Positions 19,040-27,720 of a stretch of 52,944 bases of DNA are shown piece by piece; the first letter of the stretch is position 1, and every line of letters starts with the position of its first letter. This DNA is from Minisyncoccota bacterium (GTDB taxonomy: Bacteria; Patescibacteriota; Minisyncoccia; Phycocordibacterales; UBA918): the NCBI GenBank assembly GCA_937975855.1, contig CALJTT010000005.1, positions 1-52,944 on the forward strand. Reading direction: 5' to 3'. Under the pieces are notes generated by a model. That model saw only the letters and a list, made by a program, of their open reading frames with translations. It did no database searches and had not been told where the DNA came from. Made by a program: the position numbers and the translations under genes.

Positions 19040-19528
19040 ATGAACTACATGTTTGGCTACGGCTCTATTATGAACAAGACCAGTTTGGCAAAAACCATCG
19101 CCGACCCGAGTGATGCGATTCCCGCCGAGTTGCAAGGATACCAGCGCAAGTGCAATGCGTTGTGTTTAGAAGTACGTGACGGTCACTCCTACCTATATAT
19201 GAACATCGTCCCGAATGAATCTATGTCTGTGCATGGCATGTTGGTTCCTGTTACCGACGAGGAGTTAACTTTGATGAAAGAGCGAGAGGCTGAATATACA
19301 GCCGTTAATGTGACCTCTCAAATATCGCCTGCTATAGAAGGTGAGATTGTAGCGTTTGTTGCACCCGATGCTCCGCGACCTGATTATAAAATCCCCCGTA
19401 GCTACCTCGACACCTGTACGCGAGATATGGACGAGGTCGAGCGTGAGCAATGGATAGCTGATACCATCATAGAAAACGAGGTCGTCGAAGATCTTGATGA
19501 TCCAATTTACGAAAACGCTGCGTTTTAG
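19040..19528 (+). CDS. Gamma-glutamylcyclotransferase family protein
   Basis: FGYGSIMN N-terminal motif; ERE-x-x-Y. Confidence 0.85.
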   Translation: MNYMFGYGSIMNKTSLAKTIADPSDAIPAELQGYQRKCNALCLEVRDGHSYLYMNIVPNESMSVHGMLVPVTDEELTLMKEREAEYTAVNVTSQISPAIEGEIVAFVAPDAPRPDYKIPRSYLDTCTRDMDEVEREQWIADTIIENEVVEDLDDPIYENAAF

Positions 19529-19598
19529 GTGTTTGGACACAACCAATGAAAAAGGCCCGAGTACGAAACGCGGGCCTTTCCCTGTTCGTTCTCGGGCC

Positions 19599-19826
19599 TT
19601 AATAGTCTGAAGCGATATCGTGTCGGAATTCAAGCGTGCCAAGCTTGCCGCAACTATGAATTTGCGAGTAAGCTGCGGTGCGTGCTGCGGCGATATCACT
19701 TTGACGGTGCACCAGCACGGCAATCCGGCCGCCGTCTCCGAGAATCTGTCCTTCTGAAACGCGTCGAGTTGCAGCGTGGTACAGATTCGCCAGACCGTGC
19801 ATCCCTTGTGGAAGAACCTGTGGCAC
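19599..19826 (-). pseudogene. C-terminal fragment of phosphoribosylamine-glycine ligase (PurD C-domain)
   Basis: LYHAAT...DGGRIAVLV...ARTAAY...FRHDIA matches the PurD C-terminus; no N-terminal part. Confidence 0.7.
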
Positions 19827-20287
19827 AGATCAAACACGATCTCACCACTGTGCTTGCCCCCAAGTTAATCCGTCTGGGTGCTCTCGGGTATCAGTGCTGT
19901 GATGTGCTGTGTGATCAGTCTGGTCAGTTGTATTGGACGGATCTCAACCCTCGTCCTGGGGCGATCGTCTATGTCTATGAGCTGGTGAAGCGTCTGGTAC
20001 AGCAGCACCACCTTTACCCCTTGGACACTGCGACGGACACACCCAATACGGGAGTGTATCACCGCAGCGTTGCTCTGCCAGCAGGCTGCCGGACATTCCA
20101 GGCAGTGCAGCAACGGCTGGGAGACTTGCTGCCGCCTGACGGGGAGGGATTTGTAGTGGTGGGCAATCCCGGCCTTATCCCGTTTGGGAGTCTCGACATC
20201 ACGGCAGTGGTGTCACGGTATACAGGTGATAACAGCGCTGTGGCAGCATCGCTTTGGTCGCAGGTGGATCATACACTTAGTCAGTGA
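19810..20287 (+). pseudogene. C-terminal fragment of an ATP-grasp protein
   Basis: GYQCCDVL...YWTDLNPRPG ATP-grasp C-motif; the upstream part of the ORF is antisense of the PurD fragment. Confidence 0.6.
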
Positions 20288-20367
20288 AATGGTCCGATCA
20301 GCAAAAACAAAAAAGAGGGGTTCGCCCCTCTTTTTCTTATAGTAAAGAACATTGCTATACTTCTTGC

Positions 20368-21180
20368 ATGAAACTCTATTCGTGGAACGTTAATGGTATT
20401 CGGGCGGTGCAGAAGAAGGGTTTGCTTGAACCTTTTCTGGCGAAACATCAGCCGGATGTTCTGTGTATCCAGGAAACAAAGGCTCAGCCTGACCAGGTCG
20501 AGGATGATTTTGCTGAGTTGTTCCCTGAATACCACCAATATTGGTACTCAGCCGAGAAAAAAGGCTACAGTAGCACGGCCATTTTCACCAAAACTGAACC
20601 ATTGGACGTATTGAACGGATTGCCAGAAGATATAGTAAAAGCCTTTGATTTAAAAGATTCATACGGTGATACTAATAACGAAGGGCGCGTGATGGTGGCT
20701 GAGTACGATCCTTTTTACATCGCGACAGTCTATACCCCAAATGCCAAAGACGACTTGTCGCGTATAGCTACGCGGCAGCAGTGGGACCCGGCGTTTCTGG
20801 CATACATGAAACAGCTGCAGACGGTGAAACCGGTCGTGTTTTGTGGCGATTTCAATGTGGCACATACGGAACTGGACCTGGCGCGACCAAAACCTAATGT
20901 AGGGAAGAAGGGATTTACAGCAGAAGAACGGTCGGGGTTCGATGCGATGTTGGCCGCAGACTTTGTCGATACCTTGCGAGTGTTCGAGCCTGAAACAACT
21001 GATCTCTATACCTGGTGGAGTCACTGGGGTGGAGCGAGGGAACGTAATGTTGGCTGGCGGATCGACTATGTAATGGCACACGAGAGCCTTAAAGATTTGC
21101 TGCAGAACGCACGAATCCACCCAACTGTATTAGGGAGTGATCATTGTCCAGTGTCGGTAGAAATGGCCGTGGAACTATAA
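20368..21180 (+). CDS. xth: Exodeoxyribonuclease III
   Basis: SWNVNGIRA, IQETK, GDFNVAH, GWRIDY, SDHCP. Confidence 0.97.
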   Translation: MKLYSWNVNGIRAVQKKGLLEPFLAKHQPDVLCIQETKAQPDQVEDDFAELFPEYHQYWYSAEKKGYSSTAIFTKTEPLDVLNGLPEDIVKAFDLKDSYGDTNNEGRVMVAEYDPFYIATVYTPNAKDDLSRIATRQQWDPAFLAYMKQLQTVKPVVFCGDFNVAHTELDLARPKPNVGKKGFTAEERSGFDAMLAADFVDTLRVFEPETTDLYTWWSHWGGARERNVGWRIDYVMAHESLKDLLQNARIHPTVLGSDHCPVSVEMAVEL

Positions 21181-21248
21181 AAGACACTTATCCCCACTTA
21201 TACACAACTTGTCCTTTACACTGTCCTTGAGAGTGCTATTCTCTATGT

Positions 21249-21563
21249 AGGCCCAGCAAGGGCGCGCAACTCCCCCGGTGAGATCTGCACAGGAAACATC
21301 CTGAACAGACCCCACCGGAGGAATCGTAAAGAGATCATTCACAAGAACTGAGTTTATTACCTCCAAACTCTATTTGAACAAATTTTGTTCAAAACCACCC
21401 AAAAACGATCATTTCTACAAAGAAAAGATCAAGTACAACGAAGAGCTTCAACACCGGTTCGATCATTTAGATCACCACATGAAGCTACAATAGCTTCAAG
21501 CAAGCTCCAAAAGGCCCGGAAGTCGGGCGGCCAGGATACTGGCCATCGACTCCCGGGCCTTTT
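21249..21563. ncRNA. Candidate ~315-nt structured non-coding RNA
   Basis: No credible ORF; at least 7 hairpins, including a 17-bp stem at 21271-21322. Confidence 0.5.
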
Positions 21564-21591
21564 CTAATGCTTGGTTCTAATATAAAAGACA

Positions 21592-23067
21592 TTAATTAAC
21601 CTTATGCTCCCGTTTAATGTCCTTTAAAGCAGCAGCTTCTTCCTCTTCTTGTTTACGTTTCCCTGCCTCGGCCAATTCCCTTAATTCTTTTTCCTCTAGT
21701 TTAAATAGTTCCACACCGCGGGCCTCCATATGTTCGACTGTGTTTTTACTCGCGTCCTCTAACGCTTCTTCAAGTAGAGCGTGTAACACCCAACCTAGTT
21801 TACGTCCAGGCTTCTCGCCGGTTAGTTCCATCAAACGATCTCCGTTTGTCTTGAGCATTTTGACGCTGATTGGGTCGCGCAACGCTTCGTCTACCATCGC
21901 TTTGTATTTACGAAACCGAAAGGGCTGTTCTTTGGGTCGCCCAGTACCTACTCGGTCACAAACCCTTAAGTTTAAGAGGTTTTCGATGTTATCTTCCCCT
22001 ATCCGGGTGATGGTTCGCCTCACTGCCGACAGAGTAATCTCGTCTGGGTCAGCAAAAAACATATGCCAGCGCACCAGGTTAACGACTTGTTCAGTTAGTT
22101 CGCGCGGTGCCCGCAGATGTTTGAGGATAGACTTGGCCATTCTGGCTCCCACTACCTCATGACCGTAGAAAGAGTATTCCTTGTGCTTCCCTTTTCCTCG
22201 AGTGCGCGGTTTGGCCACATCGTGTAACAGGGCCGCATAGCGCATAAACAAAGGATATTCCTTGTCTGCCGCTGCCTGACAGGTCCGCAGATTGTGCTCG
22301 TAGACGTCAAACGCATGCGCCCCGCCCTGGTCACAGCCGATTCCTTCTAGTAGTTCTGGAATGACGTATTTGAGCAAACCTAGGCGTTCCATCATGACAA
22401 TCCCTTGCAACGGGGTGTCTGACATCAAGAGTCTTGAGAACTCGTCTGCAATTCGTTCGACAGCAATACGTTCTAGGTTAAGGCTATTTGCATGAATGGA
22501 CGCCATGGTCTCGCTTTCAATAGCAAAGTTAAGCTGAGCTGCCAGACGCACCGCCCGCATCATACGCAGAGCGTCTTCGTTAAAGCGTTCATCTGGGTTC
22601 CCTACGGTCTTGAGGCGCTTTTTCTCTAGGTCCCCTGCCCCGTCAAACAGGTCAACTGTTGTTTGGTCGGCAATGCGGTAGGCAATGGCGTTGATGGTGA
22701 AGTCCCGCCGTTCCAGGTCCTCTTCTAGCGATACACCAAACTCGACCTTGTCAGGTCGTCGGGCGTCTGAGTACTCGCTTTCGGTTCGATATGGGGTGAC
22801 CTCGATGATTTGCAGAGTCTCTGCCTCGCTATCAGTTTTAACTCCGACAGTTCCAAAATCGTTGTTACAGAAGGTTTCATCCTCGCCCCACAACGCTTGA
22901 ATTTGGCCTGGGTGAGCGTCTGTCGTCAGGTCCCAGTCTTTTGGAGTGCGTCCCAGCAGCAGGTCACGCGTGCATCCACCCACCAAATACGCTGTATAGC
23001 CAGCCTTTTCCAGGGTGTCTGCAACGTGTTGTACCTCAACAGGGATATTGGTGGGAGAAATTTGCAT
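21592..23067 (-). CDS. cca: CCA tRNA nucleotidyltransferase with HD domain
   Basis: VGGCTRD, DWD, RRDFTINA, EDALR, LLHDVAKP. Confidence 0.93.
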   Translation of the reverse strand: MQISPTNIPVEVQHVADTLEKAGYTAYLVGGCTRDLLLGRTPKDWDLTTDAHPGQIQALWGEDETFCNNDFGTVGVKTDSEAETLQIIEVTPYRTESEYSDARRPDKVEFGVSLEEDLERRDFTINAIAYRIADQTTVDLFDGAGDLEKKRLKTVGNPDERFNEDALRMMRAVRLAAQLNFAIESETMASIHANSLNLERIAVERIADEFSRLLMSDTPLQGIVMMERLGLLKYVIPELLEGIGCDQGGAHAFDVYEHNLRTCQAAADKEYPLFMRYAALLHDVAKPRTRGKGKHKEYSFYGHEVVGARMAKSILKHLRAPRELTEQVVNLVRWHMFFADPDEITLSAVRRTITRIGEDNIENLLNLRVCDRVGTGRPKEQPFRFRKYKAMVDEALRDPISVKMLKTNGDRLMELTGEKPGRKLGWVLHALLEEALEDASKNTVEHMEARGVELFKLEEKELRELAEAGKRKQEEEEAAALKDIKREHKVN

Positions 23068-23132
23068 CGTTCTATTGTAGCAAAATAACGTTGCTTTTTC
23101 GCTTGTTTGACGTATCATGTCAACGTTCACTT

Positions 23133-23204
23133 GCACCTATAGTGAAATGGATATCATTACTGACTTCGGATCAGTCGTTGGGGGTTCGAATCCCTCTGGG
23201 TGCA
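23133..23204 (+). tRNA. tRNA-Arg (TCG)
   Basis: Cloverleaf; ACTGA-CTTCGGA-TCAGT anticodon arm; GGTTCGAATCC; CCA not encoded. Confidence 0.95.
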
Positions 23205-23380
23205 CATAAACAAAAAGATCTACCTTTAGGTAGGTCTTTTTGTTTACTGGTTAGCATCTGGGATGAGAAAGGCGGAAAAACACAGTCTGGGAGACTGTGA
23301 ATTTGAGCCAGGGTCGTGAGCGTATAGTTTCAAGGAGCAAAGCGACTATGAAAGTAACGACTCCTGACCGAATCCCTCTG
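23205..23380 (+). repeat. Terminator plus palindromic tRNA-trailer element
   Basis: Terminator 23208-23246, then hairpins, ending in CGAATCCCTCTG, a 12-bp copy of the tRNA T-arm. Confidence 0.6.
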
Positions 23381-23398
23381 TTTGTTATAATCACTGGA

Positions 23399-23683
23399 AT
23401 GGAACTATTGGAAAAATACCTAGAGACGTTTAAAAAAGAAGGTTTTTCTAGTGTCTATGCGTGGGAAGATCCAGCTGGCACCACCTATCCTGAACATGCG
23501 CACAAAGGCAAAGTCTCCCTGGCCGTAACAGCTGGCTCAATTACCTTTGATTTTGAAGGTGCGAAGAAAGGGTTGGTCGCTGGCGATCGGTTTGATGTTC
23601 CCGTGGGAGCGTTACACACAGCCGTTGTTGGTCCAGATGGTTGGGCTGTAATGGTGGGTGAAGAGATTGAGGGCGACTCGTAA
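23399..23683 (+). CDS. Cupin domain protein (copy 1)
   Basis: YPEHAHKGKV...GDRFDVPVGALHTA. Confidence 0.88.
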   Translation: MELLEKYLETFKKEGFSSVYAWEDPAGTTYPEHAHKGKVSLAVTAGSITFDFEGAKKGLVAGDRFDVPVGALHTAVVGPDGWAVMVGEEIEGDS

Positions 23684-23728
23684 AGATGTGCTGCAATTGA
23701 AGTAGTTTTTGTTATATACTTGTAGCAT

Positions 23729-24013
23729 ATGGAACTCTCGGAACGCTACATGCAAACATTCGAAGATGAAGGCTTCCCTTCTGTTTACGAATGGACTGAC
23801 CCGGCCCGGACTGAATACCCAGAACATGCTCACAAAGGCAAAGTGTCTTTGTTCTTGACCGACGGGTCAATCACTATCGATTTTGAAGGAACTTTTAAGG
23901 AATTAAAGGCCGGAGACAGATTCGATGTGCCAATCGGCAAATTACACACAGCTACGGTCGGCCCACGCGGGTGGATTGTAGTGGTTGGCGAGGAATTTGA
24001 GGAGGGGCCATAA
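23729..24013 (+). CDS. Cupin domain protein (copy 2, tandem duplicate)
   Basis: Same 94-aa length and motifs as copy 1. Confidence 0.88.
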   Translation: MELSERYMQTFEDEGFPSVYEWTDPARTEYPEHAHKGKVSLFLTDGSITIDFEGTFKELKAGDRFDVPIGKLHTATVGPRGWIVVVGEEFEEGP

Positions 24014-24115
24014 ATTAATTTGCACAATAAGCAGCAAAACAATCCCGCTTACCCTAGCGGGTTTGTTTATATCTCAAACGAAACATATGTAAATAGTATA
24101 TAATATACAAACTAT

Positions 24116-24781
24116 ATGGTTCGGAATCAGGAAAATTATGATCAGGCGGTGCAATTGCGAGAGCGCGGCTTTACCCTGCAAGAGATCGCTAGGGTATGCG
24201 ATGTGTCGAAGTCTACGGTCAGTAAATGGTTGAAAAACAACGCTATTTCAGCGAATATCACCAAACAAAACAAACGTCGGGCTGGGCAAGAAAACGCCAA
24301 GCGACTGAAGCTGATGCAGAAGGCGCGTGGTGTCGAGCGCGCGACTCGGTACTCTGAGTCACTAAAAAATGCTGAGACAGAGTTCAAGCACTACAAAACC
24401 TCTACCCTCTTTATGGCTGGTCTTATGTTGTATTCAGCGCACGGTGACCGCCAGAACGCGTCTAAGGTGCGGTTCTCCTCAACGGACGCTCAGGCCCACA
24501 AGATCTTTATAAAGTTTGCCAAAGAGTACCTGGGCGTTGATGTGGGTGACATACGTTTGTGGTTACAGCTGTATCAGGATCAAACCGAATCTGTCTGTAT
24601 GAAACGCTGGAAGAAATTCACTGGTCTTCCCTACCAACAGTTTTATCGCACCCAATTTGTGCAAACGAATACAAAAAACGCATTGCATTATGGTGTTGGA
24701 AATACTATAATCAGCCGCACAGTTTTGCAGAGAAAGTTACTTAAATGGGTAGACTTAGCGCAGAAAGAGCTTGCAAAATAA
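24116..24781 (+). CDS. HTH protein with LAGLIDADG-like C-terminal domain
   Basis: LRERGFTLQEIA...VSKSTVSKWL HTH; GLMLYSAHGD, FSSTD, YGVG. Confidence 0.7.
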   Translation: MVRNQENYDQAVQLRERGFTLQEIARVCDVSKSTVSKWLKNNAISANITKQNKRRAGQENAKRLKLMQKARGVERATRYSESLKNAETEFKHYKTSTLFMAGLMLYSAHGDRQNASKVRFSSTDAQAHKIFIKFAKEYLGVDVGDIRLWLQLYQDQTESVCMKRWKKFTGLPYQQFYRTQFVQTNTKNALHYGVGNTIISRTVLQRKLLKWVDLAQKELAK

Positions 24782-24796
24782 GGATACTTTCACACC

Positions 24797-24867
24797 GCGG
24801 CTATAGTTAAGTGGTATAACACATCGTTGCCAACGATGAATCAAGAGTTCGATTCTCTTTAGCCGCA
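24797..24867 (+). tRNA. tRNA-Gly (GCC)
   Basis: Cloverleaf; CATCG-TTGCCAA-CGATG anticodon arm. Confidence 0.96.
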
Positions 24868-24963
24868 CCGTCAACAAAACACCAGCTGATGCTGGTGTTT
24901 TGTTTTGAAAGATTGTGCATGTAGCTGACGTATACTAGAAATATAGACATTTATTTTCTTACT

Positions 24964-25608
24964 ATGAAACAAACATCACAATCAGGTTTTTCAACGTTAC
25001 AAATCATTCTTGCCCTAACGGCCACTGCGGTTGTGTTTGGTTTGATATCGACCTTCTCGGGATCGCCTAAAGAGCAAGTGACGGCTGATACGTCAGGGGA
25101 AGTTAGAGAGAGTGACACTCCAATCGAAACATACGCCAACAACAAAGCTGCCGAATTGGTTGCCCCAGCAACAGAGGCAATAACAGAAAAGAACGAGGAA
25201 ATAAAGGCTGAAATGGACGTGGAGACAGTTGAGACGCCGATTGTTGAGTCAGAACCCGTTGTCGTAGAAACAGCCCCTACCCCAGAGCCGGTAGTTGTTG
25301 CGACGGCAGGAACTTTTACAGAATATGATGAGTCGAAGCTTGCGGCGGATGGTACTAATGTGTTGTTCTTCCACGCTGATTGGTGTCCGTCTTGTCGTGG
25401 CTTAGAGAAAGACCTGAATGCTAATCTCAGCGAGATTCCAGAAAACGTGCATATTTTAAAGCTAGATTACGACACTGAGACTGAATTGAAGAAGAAGTAT
25501 AAGGTTATTCGGCAGCACACTATGGTTGTGGTTGATGCTGACGGGAATGAGATTAAGAAATTAACCGGTCTAACTAACACGCTCAATCAGGTTCTGAGCC
25601 AGCTTTAG
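24964..25608 (+). CDS. Membrane-anchored thioredoxin
   Basis: FFHADWCPSC; N-terminal TM and Glu/Pro/Thr-rich linker. Confidence 0.9.
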   Translation: MKQTSQSGFSTLQIILALTATAVVFGLISTFSGSPKEQVTADTSGEVRESDTPIETYANNKAAELVAPATEAITEKNEEIKAEMDVETVETPIVESEPVVVETAPTPEPVVVATAGTFTEYDESKLAADGTNVLFFHADWCPSCRGLEKDLNANLSEIPENVHILKLDYDTETELKKKYKVIRQHTMVVVDADGNEIKKLTGLTNTLNQVLSQL

Positions 25609-25611
25609 TCT

Positions 25612-26355
25612 ATGGAAATTGAGACACTAACACTTTCCTTCCTAGCCCTGTCATTTTTCTCTGGAGTTTTGACAGTTTTGGCGCCTTGCATATTACCTTT
25701 GCTGCCGGTAATCATTGGTAGTAGCGCTGGTGCACGCAGCAAAGCTACGCCGTACATCGTCATTGGTTCCCTATCGCTGTCGATTATCGTGTTTACTTAC
25801 CTTCTGAAGGCGAGCACGCTGTTTATCGACATCCCGACGTCATTCTGGGCTTATTTTTCAGGCTCTATTCTACTTGTGATTGGTTTGATTTTTGCCTTCC
25901 CTGCCCTATGGGAGCGCGTACCAGGGGTTAGCAAGCTATCGACCAGCGGAAATGCCGTTATTGGCAGCGGGTACACCAAGAAAAGCTTTTGGGGCGACGC
26001 AACTATTGGTGCTGCCCTTGGCCCAGTGTTCTCTAGCTGCAGTCCCACCTACTTCCTTATCTTGGCTGCTGTTCTCCCTGCTAGTTTCTGGCTAGGTACG
26101 GTGTATCTACTGGCGTATGTTGCCGGATTAGCCTTTGTGTTGTTAATGATTGCCCTACTTGGCCAACGGTTTGTGAGCAACATCGCTTGGGCCGCCAATC
26201 CTCACGGATGGTTCAAACGCGGAATCGGCGTGCTGTTCCTGGTAGTTGGTCTAGCTATCTTTACAGGCTTAGACAAACAGTTCGAAGCGTTTATTCTTGA
26301 TACAGGCTTCAACACAGTACAGTTTGAGAACCGTCTGTTAGAGGAAACTCTCTAA
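25612..26355 (+). CDS. ccdA: CcdA/DsbD-type disulfide transporter
   Basis: APCILPLLP and SSCSP motifs; about 6 TM helices; next to thioredoxin. Confidence 0.88.
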   Translation: MEIETLTLSFLALSFFSGVLTVLAPCILPLLPVIIGSSAGARSKATPYIVIGSLSLSIIVFTYLLKASTLFIDIPTSFWAYFSGSILLVIGLIFAFPALWERVPGVSKLSTSGNAVIGSGYTKKSFWGDATIGAALGPVFSSCSPTYFLILAAVLPASFWLGTVYLLAYVAGLAFVLLMIALLGQRFVSNIAWAANPHGWFKRGIGVLFLVVGLAIFTGLDKQFEAFILDTGFNTVQFENRLLEETL

Positions 26356-26461
26356 CTGTGTAAAAGACTGGGGATATGGGGATAAAGGACAGACTAACCA
26401 GTCTGTCCTTTATTGTTATTTGTTATAATACAAGGATATTATGGATATATACTTAGATATA

Positions 26462-26951
26462 TGTACCACGTGAAACGTTATACATGAAACAAGTTGATAA
26501 AAAAGGTAAAAGAAACCAAGTTGGTGCGTATGGTGAACAAATTGGTGTTAGATTCCTTGAAAATAAAGGTTTCTCTATTCTAGACACAAATTACCTCAAG
26601 AAATGGGGTGAAATTGATATTGTTGCACGGGAAACGGTGGGCAAGAAGGAGTTAGTTCACTTTGTGGAGGTTAAAACCGTTTCTTATGAAACAAGGGAAG
26701 CTTTAAATAATGCCGTTTCCCATGAAACTTGGCGGCCAGAAGAGCAGGTGACAGCATCTAAGCTTAAGAAGCTGCATAGAGTGATAGAAACTTGGCTATT
26801 GGAGCATAACTACGAATTTGACTGGCAAATAGACGTTCTGGCAGTAAGGATTGTTTTGCAAGAGAAGCACGCGACCGTGAAGTACATCCCTAATGTTATT
26901 TAGTTTAAGTAGTTTCATGTGCAACAGGGTATAGGTGTACCACGTGAAACG
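26462..26951. repeat. Cluster of six parS-like 16-bp palindromes
   Basis: Sites at 26462, 26621, 26678, 26714, 26911 and 26936 resemble TGTTTCACGTGAAACA. Confidence 0.8.
26484..26903 (+). CDS. yraN: YraN (UPF0102) PD-(D/E)XK nuclease family protein
   Basis: GAYGE, GEIDIVA, FVEVK. Confidence 0.9.
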   Translation: MKQVDKKGKRNQVGAYGEQIGVRFLENKGFSILDTNYLKKWGEIDIVARETVGKKELVHFVEVKTVSYETREALNNAVSHETWRPEEQVTASKLKKLHRVIETWLLEHNYEFDWQIDVLAVRIVLQEKHATVKYIPNVI

Positions 26952-27063
26952 TTTGTCACTACATTATTCTTTATAATAATTAATATTGTTTGTAATTTGG
27001 CAGAACACTTTTGCTCAAAAGAAAACCGTCCAGACTAGATGTCTGGACGGTTTTCTTTTTCTG

Positions 27064-27134
27064 TCGGGGAGCGGAGAATCGAACTCCGGCCACACGCTCC
27101 CAAAGCGCGTACACTACCATTATGCTACACCCCG
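27064..27134 (-). tRNA. tRNA-Pro (TGG)
   Basis: CGGGGTG...CGCGC-TTTGGGA-GCGTG...GTTCGATTC...CCCCGA. Confidence 0.95.
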
Positions 27135-27296
27135 AGCGAGCTGGCAGATAAAAGTTTACTTTTATCTGAGCTGCGAGCGAAGGGGTGAAAGCTTTTGCTT
27201 ACACCCTCGGAACGTTGTTCCACTTCACGCTCGAACTGGTGACCAATGTGTCACCAAAGTCCGCAAAATATACCACCTCTACGACAAAAATGCGAG

Positions 27297-27671
27297 TCAG
27301 TTAATCCTTCCAAGTAATGCAGAAAAATCGCCCAGTCGGGTCACGCTAGAATGAAAGTGGAAAATAGTCTCGTCACTATGGTGACCAATGGCGTATATTG
27401 GAACATTGTTTGCTAAAGCTGCGCCCATCTCAACATACATTCCGGTGCCGCCAGGATCGCCGACTATTATAAAAAATTCAGCCTCAGCTATGGCCTCAAT
27501 CTCAGTTGTGGCTAGTTGTGCAGCATCAGCAAGGTGCTTTGTGTATGGTCGATCAAAATAATCCGCTTTAGTCCAATCGAAGGTCATCTTGTGATCTCGT
27601 TTATTCAGCTCCTTGATCATTTCCTGTACCTCAGGAATACGTTTGGTTCGTGACGAAATATAGAATCTCAT
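27297..27671 (-). CDS. Nucleoside 2-deoxyribosyltransferase-like protein
   Basis: FYISS N-terminus; GTGMYVEMGAALA. Confidence 0.7.
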   Translation of the reverse strand: MRFYISSRTKRIPEVQEMIKELNKRDHKMTFDWTKADYFDRPYTKHLADAAQLATTEIEAIAEAEFFIIVGDPGGTGMYVEMGAALANNVPIYAIGHHSDETIFHFHSSVTRLGDFSALLGRIN

Positions 27672-27720
27672 GTTCTGAATTATACATAATTACAAATCTG
27701 GTAGAATGTGAGAAATTTCT

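Noticed and set aside
16420-19826. A single inversion explaining both gene-fragment junctions
   Set aside because: Re-inverting would join vWA to PurD and NUDIX to ATP-grasp, which restores no gene.
21456-21477. GGTTCGATC...CACCA as a tmRNA/tRNA 3' end
   Set aside because: No T-stem pairing and no matching 5' acceptor strand.
26356-26460. oriC
   Set aside because: Only 2-3 imperfect DnaA boxes and no dnaA/dnaN; at most origin-proximal.
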